From Takakia lepidozioides (taxonomy: Eukaryota; Plantae; Bryophyta), in contig CM060734.1 of NCBI GenBank assembly GCA_030704615.1, positions 45,632,001 through 45,696,000 on the forward strand: a stretch of DNA of 64,000 nt. The letters are read 5' to 3'. Shown piece by piece: positions 55,500-64,000 of this stretch. Each line of letters starts with the position of its first letter. The stretch's first letter is position 1. The position numbers and the translations under genes are program-made. The notes under the pieces are model-generated. The model worked only from the letters and a program-made list of their open reading frames with translations. It was not told the origin of the DNA and searched no databases.

Positions 55500-57560
55500 G
55501 ACTAGAGCCCATTTTGATATCAGTCAAGACCTAGTCAAGATGAACAGATTGCGCAGGAGTGAGGGAACTGACCTTGGGTGCAGCCACAGATTGTGCCAAG
55601 AGATGCAATTGATCTACAGGATCATCAGACAGGCCAATGTCAGCAAAACTTAAAGCATGTTGCACCTCTCCTAAATCTGTCAATGGGGTGGCAGTGAGTC
55701 GTGCGAGGACCTGACCCTTGCGGATGGTGATAGGTATGCGTTCTGGGTTGGCAACAAGAAGTCTGAGCTCCCCTCGAAAGCCCCGATCCAGCACCCCAGA
55801 TGCAATCAAACAATGTTTGAAAAGCATCAATCGTTTCCACCCCTTGACTTCAAGATAACGACCTTGTGGACAAAAAAAAGTGAGGCCAAGAAAAACAATC
55901 CTTTGGGGGGAGGCAGGTATAACAAACTCAATGGGATTGCGAAGAAGTAGTGTTACCTGGGATTGGAATGGGAGGGCCACTCTTCTTACCAGGCAAAGTG
56001 GTTGCCACTAATACAAGGTGGAAGGAGCCGTCTTGGCAAAGTTAAAGTAACGTATCCAGTTGTATTGCTCACCAGCCTGCCGTCTTGTTTCAGCAACAAT
56101 GGTTCGCATGTGGGAGAGATGCGCAGTGGCACAACCAGCGGGCAAGGAGACAGAGTTGAGCTGCACCTTGTGGGGGGAGGAGCTGCCACTGGCAAGCCAC
56201 ATGATGTTTTCAACCACATCAATCTTGGCCCCTACAGCACACATCCAATCCAAGCCTAACAACAACTGCTCACCAATGGTAACGATACAAGTCAGTGTGA
56301 CCGACTTGCAACTGACCTTAATAGGGATGGTGACCAAACTTGGGGGTTCATAACGTGTGCCATCTGCAATGGTCACCTGCAGACCTGTGGCTGGAGTGAG
56401 TTTGAGACCAAGTAGTCGAACCACGGACAACGGAACAGCAGACATGGTACAGCCTGTGTCAACAACACATGAAAACGATAGGTGCCCTATGTGACATTGA
56501 GTCATGAGAGGGTGCACTTTTTCCCTCCTAAGATTTTTATTGGCTTCACAATGCATTAATTTGAATTCATTGGACAACATCACAAAAACAATGGAGTCAT
56601 CATTTGCAGGGTTTGTGGGATATTGACCGCTTGGCCCCTTCACAAGCGATCTGGTTCGTTTAAAGGGTGTTTGCCCCTCTGCTCGCGTTGAATTCGTTTG
56701 TGTTCTTCAATCATACCAGGGACAAAAGCGGCATAGGTGCAGAAGCGAGTCCAGTGCTCAAGTGACCCACAAATGAAACATGCCACACGTTTACCTTGAA
56801 CCTCATATCGTGGGCCAGTCTGAGTGTGGCCACGATGAGAATCAGTAGGAGGAGGCTTGGCAGGTGCGGCCCTCCAGGATCCTTCTGCCCTGACAGCCTG
56901 AAGCTGAGTATGCAGCTCTTGTTATAAGGTTTTAACCTCCTCCAGTAATGTAGGAGAGGCCTCTGTAGAGCCACCCTTAACCATGGCAACCCCATGAGAA
57001 CATTTGGAAGTATGTTGATGAGCATAATGAACAACACGCAGACAACTTTTGCCTAATTTAGCATTCTTAAACCTCATGCGCTCATCCATCATCTCTACCA
57101 TATGCCTCTCATTGCGATAAGGATGCTTCTGTAGGTAGACTTGATTAGAGGCAGGTAATCCCGGTAATGAAGTAGGTTTTAAGTATGGCAGTGCGTTCAA
57201 AAGGTACCGGAATGGCCTTGACCACCATAGTTTTCAAGTCAGTGTAATATTTCTAGATACTCTCACCAGGTTGATAAGGACGATCGGGCATGGGGTAGTT
57301 GATGGGCGTGTCTGCACGAAACAACTGAAGTGCCAACTGCTTGGCCACTCCTCATCGCTTCTAACTGACACTGAGCTTAACACGTACAAAGAAACTCCTG
57401 CTAGTCATTTTGAGTCGATTTTTGCCAGCATCGTGCGTGCTTCGGTTGATCCTAGCCTGGTGGTTGAAGTTGATTATCCGTCTCTTGGTGCTACAGTTGA
57501 ACGCATCTTGAACGCCCTGAATTGGTCCTCGACACGCCTTCTGATCACTGGGTGGCTCAG
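55500..57560 (-). mobile_element. Ty3/gypsy-type relic: gag, zinc knuckle, aspartic protease, dUTPase-like domain; RT/RNase H/integrase absent
   Basis: QPGESI*KYYTDL capsid motif (~57260), CFICGSLEHWTRFC knuckle (56739-56780), VVDTGC..LLLGLDW protease, GVLDRGFRGE..N..IRKGQVLARL. No LTR pair found. Confidence 0.85.
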
Positions 57561-60500
57561 TTTGAGTTGACCGCTACGTTGGAGGGTCTGAAGCCCACCT
57601 ACACTCCGCAAGAAGAAGCAGAGCAGAGGCGAAAGTGCATCCAAGCGTTTGAAGGGGCCAGAGCGGCCAAGGCCCTGCAGCATCTTTTTGCTGCGGAGAT
57701 AGCACGCAAGCTTCCATTAATTGCGGCCAAAAGCAAGCTATTGAAGGGTTGGCGACTCTCGTGGGCTGAAGTTGGTGTTTCGCAGTTCACAGTAGCTGGG
57801 GAGGTTTCTGGCGAGTGCGAGAACTTCCTTCCGCCCAATTTACCCAGTGCGCATCGTCTGTGGGAGCTGGTGAAAGGTGGCAGTTCTCTTGTCTTGGCCA
57901 ACCTGAGGCCTACCTGGAAACCTGACTACAATGTGGACATAACCTGGGATGACCATGTTGCAGGCATTCCCGTCTCTCGCTTTCCTCATACTATGCATGA
58001 TATTTTGATTTTCCCTGCTATTGTGTTTAGACAGGAAAGATTGGGTTACTACTTGCCTGGATTTCTTGTTAGTGATTATCCGGTGCATATACTGCTTGCC
58101 AAGGAGAAGCTTATCCGCTCCATTGTTCGAGTTGCTTTCTGGCTCAAAGTGGACGAAGAACTGTGGCACATTCTGGGTGAAGGTGTTTACATGCTTCACA
58201 AACATAGATTCATAAGTGGCTATTGCATCAAGGACTGGGAGTCCAAATTGCGGCCTGCACGCAGAAGGTAACCACTTTGTTTTTAACAGACAGACTACAA
58301 TGCCCGTCAGATTAGAAGACGAGGCCATTGTCGCAGGTTACAGAAACGCAAGAAGATACTGTGAAAGCCATGAACAATAAAAAACACGAGCGAGAAGTGA
58401 AACAGTAGAGCGCCACCATGGCAACAGTGTCAGTGTATAGCTACCTGACGTACAAGGAAGGAATGTGCAGCTAATGATTAACGAAATCATGCAACCCCTT
58501 CTCCACCAAGATTCTCGCCCACCCCGTTATTCCTCTTCCTCTACGGGTATTGAGCTATCAAGGGGATGTGTGCTCGGTAAAGCAGGCTAGCGAGATAGGC
58601 ATGAGGAGTCAGAATCATTCACATGAATTAAGAGCACATCCTCACTCACACCTTCTTCATCCAAAACTCACACACATGTACACTAGGGTTCACACCAAAC
58701 GTACACCGCCGCCTTAAGCGTCGTGTTGATCTCTTTTATAAACGAATGCCCACAATCTTATCTAACCAAATGACAAGCCCTGATTGGTTATTTAGATTCC
58801 ATCCGGGTGTCTGTCCAGATAGGACGCCACCTCATTCTATTTTAGAGATAAACTAGCTGTTAATATAAGACAATACTTAAAAATAGATTGTTTCCGGCTG
58901 GTTTCATCCAAGCCCTTTTCCAACGGTCATCATCCAGCGTCTGTTCATCCAAATATCGAAAAGGTAGGTAGAAGGAATCTAGCCATTACAGTGTGTCCTT
59001 TATGATGTGACAGGGCTGAAAGACCTACTCAACAGGTCACTTTATGACCTGCTCCATCCTTGGCGACAGTGACATTACGTTCTGCAGCGCGACCGCTACG
59101 GGCAATAGCAGGTCGCTGCGACTGGCTCGACGCTCCCGCGTCTCGCCACGCACAGCTCCTGCTACAGCCGTGCTCCAGTGCGCTACCTAGTACATAAATG
59201 GGGACTGCGGTTTCCCAGCCCTCTTAATACCCTTTCCCATGTTTAATTTGGCCCCGGTTCATTCCCTGTTCACCACAATGGAGGTACTTTCTTGTCCAAA
59301 ATATCTGAAACCTTTGGAGAAGGTGGCTGAGTCATCATGTGGAATGTGGACCACTGACCAGTGAGTTGGGTTGGCCATAAAATTACAGTGAAATGTTTTT
59401 TCTCCGCAGAAAGGGCCATGAAGGCTTAATAATTTCAACACAAAGGGGACTCAGGCTGAACAATTGGGGGCAAAGTATGGAGATACTGAACTAGTTGAGC
59501 CTAATTGCAGGTATACTGCTGAACTGACCCCTCGTTCTGAGCCCACAAGTGCAGAGATATCTGGGGCATTGCAACTAATGACAAGATGTCTGAGTGTGTA
59601 GACAAGCACCCATTGATGTCCTCTGGAAGAAGCTTGGACAATCCAAAACTTCAATGTTGTAAATACAGTAAAGCAACATCGGCATTGGTAAAGATGCATG
59701 ATGTGATGCAGTTGACCGAGCAGGAATAAACTCAGAAATCACTCTGATAAAAGAAGTGATGAGGCATGTGAGCATCACGATTATCATATAAGTGTAGCCC
59801 AGCCCTGTGGGCTTTCCTCCCATTCCTTGGTCTGCCTTGGTACATGTCTTGTCTGGCTGTTACTGGGTGTGTCTGTTGTTCCGCACACAACACATTGAAC
59901 ATTTCAGGGGAAGGAACAGCCTGAAGGGACAGTCACATGCAACAGAAGGAGAAGTGGTGCAGAATGCCAAGAAGGCATCACCAAGTATCAGAGTGAGCTG
60001 CCAAATCCTAGACCTTCAATTATTGTATCAAGCAACTTTACAATGCTCGTGCCCCTGAAGCTATTCCCACGTCTGTGGGCAAAACAAAAATTATCTGGAC
60101 TACTCCCAACAGTTTGCTCTGCAGGCTTCCTGCTTTCCTCCCCCTTTTCACTTTCCATCCAGAAGAACAAATGACAACGAGAACCTGGAAAGCTGGGAGG
60201 AATTGATTGTGCAGAAAACCCCAAAGGAAAGAAAAGGAAGGGCCAGAACTCTAAATGCGCACACATTATATCAAGAGGTGATCCACTAATGGAATCTGTC
60301 AACATAGCCCAGTTGTGAACAACCAAGCCCTTGCACGGATTGGGTACACATAAAGTCCATTCTTACTGGGAAGTGCATAGGCCTTTGATGAGACCATAGT
60401 CTGACCCCTCATTTACTAAGCCGTGTGTGGGCAGTTCGCCCAAACCCTCTTCCAAAAGAGAAAACCCAGGGATGAACCCCAGTTTCTATTGGTGAGTCAA

Positions 60501-61040
60501 GTCAATGACCTTACCCTTGAGCAGGTCGAGAACATGTTGAGCCTTCTTACAGGAACCCTGCTTGTGCGACCTCCCTCCCTCTTTTTATAAGAGAAGCCCC
60601 TTCAAATGTGAACATAGGGAGTGCAAAATAAAAAAGAATGGAGGGAGTTTGTCTAAAGTCCTGTAGACTAGACACGGTCACTAATCCAGCCCCTCCTCCG
60701 CCTCAGAATAGACGGCGCTGCTGGGGGAGGGGGAGGATTTTGCGGAAGAGGCACAGGTGGTCTCAGCGGCGGCGCAGGTGGTCTCATCAGCAACGCAGGT
60801 GGTCTCAGTGGCAGGAGGTCTCCGCGCCGGTGGCGCCGGAAGTGTATAAGGTGCCTGACAGACTTCACGACAGAATACACCGTGTCCGTCTCTGCTCCAT
60901 CGTTCGAGGAGCCATGTAGCCACAATGCCAGAGAATCCACTGCAAACAGGTACATACCACTTGTCAGAAAGAAGCCGCAAAATTTATAAAACTCTTTATG
61001 AAGCATTTTTGGCATACTTGGTAGTCAGTAGACGGACCAG

Positions 61041-61773
61041 CGTCCGGGAAATAATTTCAGTTGAACCAGCCAGTAGCCGCTCATTCCCAGCAGCAATCGG
61101 CTAAGTGGGTTGGGCAGTCGGTTGCTGCCCCTTAGTGGTAACTATACCCGGTCAATTTCCGAGATAATTTCTTTACAACCGGTAATATTCCTAATGATTT
61201 ATTTTGTGTTCAGCTGTAAATCCGGCCCTTATAAATGTCAACTGGTTGACAACACAAGTGTCAAACGCACAACAATAAGTAAATAATAATAATAATAAAT
61301 AATCACAACCAGTTTTAAGCAATTCAAACAAGTGAAGAACATTGTATCCTTATAGAAGTTGGACCTGTCAATGCCTTCAAACCACATGGAGCTGGGGCTG
61401 CGAGAGCAACGTCCAGACTTAGTAGGGTTTGCCCGCGGGCCCGCCCTCTTTGAGTTCAATATTTTTTCACCTAAACACCCTTCCTTGGATGTAACCCGGC
61501 CTGGTACGTTGGATTTATGCCATGTGGTGGACTTCGACGGCCATTTCCATTTTTTGTAATATAAGAAGGGCCTGAATCCGACCAGGCACTGCCAACTAAG
61601 GCAGATTTCCTGTCTGTAATGAAATGGAAAGGCAAATATCCTTCCTAAAAGTAGGGCACCCGGTTGATTTCCACTTCGGCCATTTTTTCCCTCGGATCCA
61701 TTTCCTGAGGTTTCATATTTCATTCGAAAATTCTGGAATTAGCATGTAACTGGCTGCCGGTTCTCCCCGGACG
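61041..61773. mobile_element. Possible non-autonomous element with 8-bp inverted ends
   Basis: CGTCCGGG ... CCCGGACG ends; left 300 bp shared with 23935-24245. No clear TSD. Confidence 0.4.
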
Positions 61774-61874
61774 TTGAGACGGACATAAGTAGATTTGCGA
61801 TGGATAAGATGAAATAGGATAATTACACCTGCACACAGGTATGTACTAGCTTGTCAGAGAAGCGCAAGAAATCT

Positions 61875-64000
61875 TATATTTGAATAATGGAATGAGGTGA
61901 GCAGCCAACCTGGGATACGATATGCCCATGGGAAAATCCGGGAAAAATGGTTGAATTGTTTGTATCTCTTTCTCTTTTCCCAATATGAGTGCGTGACCAG
62001 AGAAGGCCTATGGAAAGGACTGTTGTCAGAATGCCTTTTCCTGCCAAGAAAGAAAACCTAAACAAACCGAAAAGTTGTACGTGGTGAATCATTGAGGAGC
62101 TCAAAGTTAGGCAATCCACGACTAGCATTTTGTCTTTTCAGAGAAGGTGACTTCTTTCTGACAAGAAGCCTTATGAGGCTTCTCGTGGGCTCTCGTGGGG
62201 CATACGCTGACCTAATTCGGTTTCAGGAAACAGCAAAGCCACCAAGAAGGTGATTTTCCATCCACGGCTTTGACAAATCCAACCAGACCACCACTTGGCT
62301 CCGAGAATAGATGCAAGGGAAGGCAGATGGAACATAGATTTGAACTTACACACGTTGTTTCTCCCTTGCATTGGTCATGCAGTTTCAAAACAGAAGGTGA
62401 AGAGACAGTTCAAATGAGACTGTTTAAATTGAAGCTGTGGTCCTTCTATGTTGATTTGGAGGAGAGCCTGACCTGTCTCTCTCTCTCACACACACCTAGC
62501 CATAACACATACGATGCGACAGCAGATTACTGTTTTCTGAAGAAAGGAAGTTGAAGATTGCGATAGCGCAAGCAGTGCTTAAGTACCCTCGTATTCTTTT
62601 ACTTGATGAAGCCACCGGCAGCTTGGATGTAGAGGTTGTACGGAGGGTGCAAGAGGCCCTTGACATCTTAATGTTGGGCAGATCGACAATAGTCATAGCC
62701 CATCGTCTGACAAGCGCTCGTAATGCGGATACGATTGCAGTTCTGGAATAATCTGTTGTGATCCAAGTTATTCTATTTTTGGAACAATGTCGTTCTGTGT
62801 GTTCCGAAATTTTCCATCTACCTTTCAATGAAGCCTTGGATTTCAATGCGAAAAACCAAGATCTAATGCATTCACACCAAGCAAAAGCTGGTTAGTGAAT
62901 TTCTCTGAATGCTTGGCAGCTTACTTGCACGAGGCACTCACCCTTAGACAATCACTCGAACAATAGTTTTTATCTCTGGCTCTGGGTTTTTGTTTCCTCT
63001 CATGTTTTCTTCCATTTTGTCCCATAAGCTCTATGAGCTTTCCGCGAACGTTATAAAGCACCATTTCATTTCTCTCCAATTCTCATTGCAGTCTTTTTGC
63101 ATGTACACCTCTGCCAGTACACTCCTGACTTATTCAGGAAGGGCCTGACTGTTTTGTTTCTTAGTCAATCTACAATGTTTAATGTCCAAGAGTCTATTGC
63201 TTAAGACAGCCCATCGGAAGGCCAATGGACGATTGAAGGATTCAAAATTGAACCCAGGAAATCTTCTGGAACATGTATGGCACCCAAGATGAACACAGAA
63301 AAGAGAGCAAGGGGGAGAGACGCGGATCTGGTAGTACCTAGCCCACAATTCTTTGTTGACTTTAAATTGCAGCACTCTTTGTAGAGGACTAGTCTCTCTG
63401 CTATCTTGAGTTTGATCTCATTGGTCCATCTCTACCGCAGACAATGAGTTTCCTCCCCAATGATCTTGTCAACTACAGATGAGACGAAACCCTCCCAAGA
63501 ATTCACCGCTATTTCGACTTCATGTCTAGACCTCAGAGAAAAAGAAATTGAGAGAATGTACTCATAAGACTTTCTTTGCCGTAGCCTTGTGGCCATAGAC
63601 CCCGCGTCCAGTGTGGACGGAAACATAGGGAATAGACACTACCTCTGTGAGGGGCTCAGACTTACCCTTGAATAAGACAATTAGTTCGGGCTTCCCAGAT
63701 ATCCTCTAGAAAGCCCTTCACACAAGCATCAATCTGCTGTGTGAGCAGCCCAAAAGTCAGAACCCAAGAGGGCCAGGGCTTTAGGCTCAGCCTTGAGATT
63801 TTCAAAGTTGGTGAACAGAGGTGTAGGAACCATGTTCTTGATGTTCCTGAAGAGGGTCACTCTCTGGTGAGTATACCTGGACAATGTATCAGAAAATGGA
63901 TATTGGAGAGAGAGAGAGAGAGTACTACCTGTAGCAAAATGGCTTCATAACCTTGCAGACGCCCATGCAAAGGTGCCAGTAGAAAACCCAGCAAAAGTTG
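61875..64000 (+). repeat. Rearranged local duplication of 48569-50606 with an inserted patchwork of ABCB fragments
   Basis: 61875-61956 = 48569-48648; 62748-63312 = 48653-49038; 63325-64000 = 49940-50606. Insert pieces derive from 43-46 kb. Confidence 0.9.
62908..63068 (+). mobile_element. ~160-bp 3' fragment of LINE family B; the empty site is present at 48790
   Basis: Matches 42779-42945, flanked by TTTCTCT on both sides, and absent from the paralogous 48781-48810. Confidence 0.85.

Noticed and set aside
60638-61015. Pro/Arg-rich ORFs
   Set aside because: Explained by a 21-bp GC-rich tandem repeat at about 60750-60822; no domain recognised.

Overview
Eukaryotic land-plant nuclear DNA: spliceosomal introns, PLS-type PPR relics and a TTTAGGG repeat. 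The gene set suggests a non-seed plant, but that is inference. Host genes: the 3' end of an ankyrin-repeat gene, a 3-exon 2-oxoglutarate/Fe(II) dioxygenase with a GC-AG intron, a coiled-coil protein, a 10-exon zinc alcohol dehydrogenase (minus strand), a type-D-like lipid transfer protein, a 13-exon ABCB6/20-type transporter, and an F-box gene with one premature stop. The ADH has a duplicated first exon and an NADP-type cofactor loop. Mobile DNA dominates the rest. The most striking system is a tail-less non-LTR retrotransposon (family A). One full-length 4.86-kb copy has a 10-bp TSD, a highly structured 5' leader and a single ORF1-repeat-APE-RT-CCHC frame that stops 6 nt from the 3' end. That frame is broken only by six same-direction single-base shifts. 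The same family left several 18-41-nt TSD-flanked micro-insertions of its 3' tip, always at TCT(C/T) sites that a second LINE family (B) also uses. Also present: a TSD-flanked tRNA-derived poly(T) SINE, a hAT MITE, a gag-protease-dUTPase-like Ty3/gypsy relic lacking RT, Helitron-like ends around PPR fragments, a perfect 43-bp-arm palindrome, and a local duplication holding a scrambled patchwork of templated ABCB fragments. All alignments and folds were done by eye; no searches were run.
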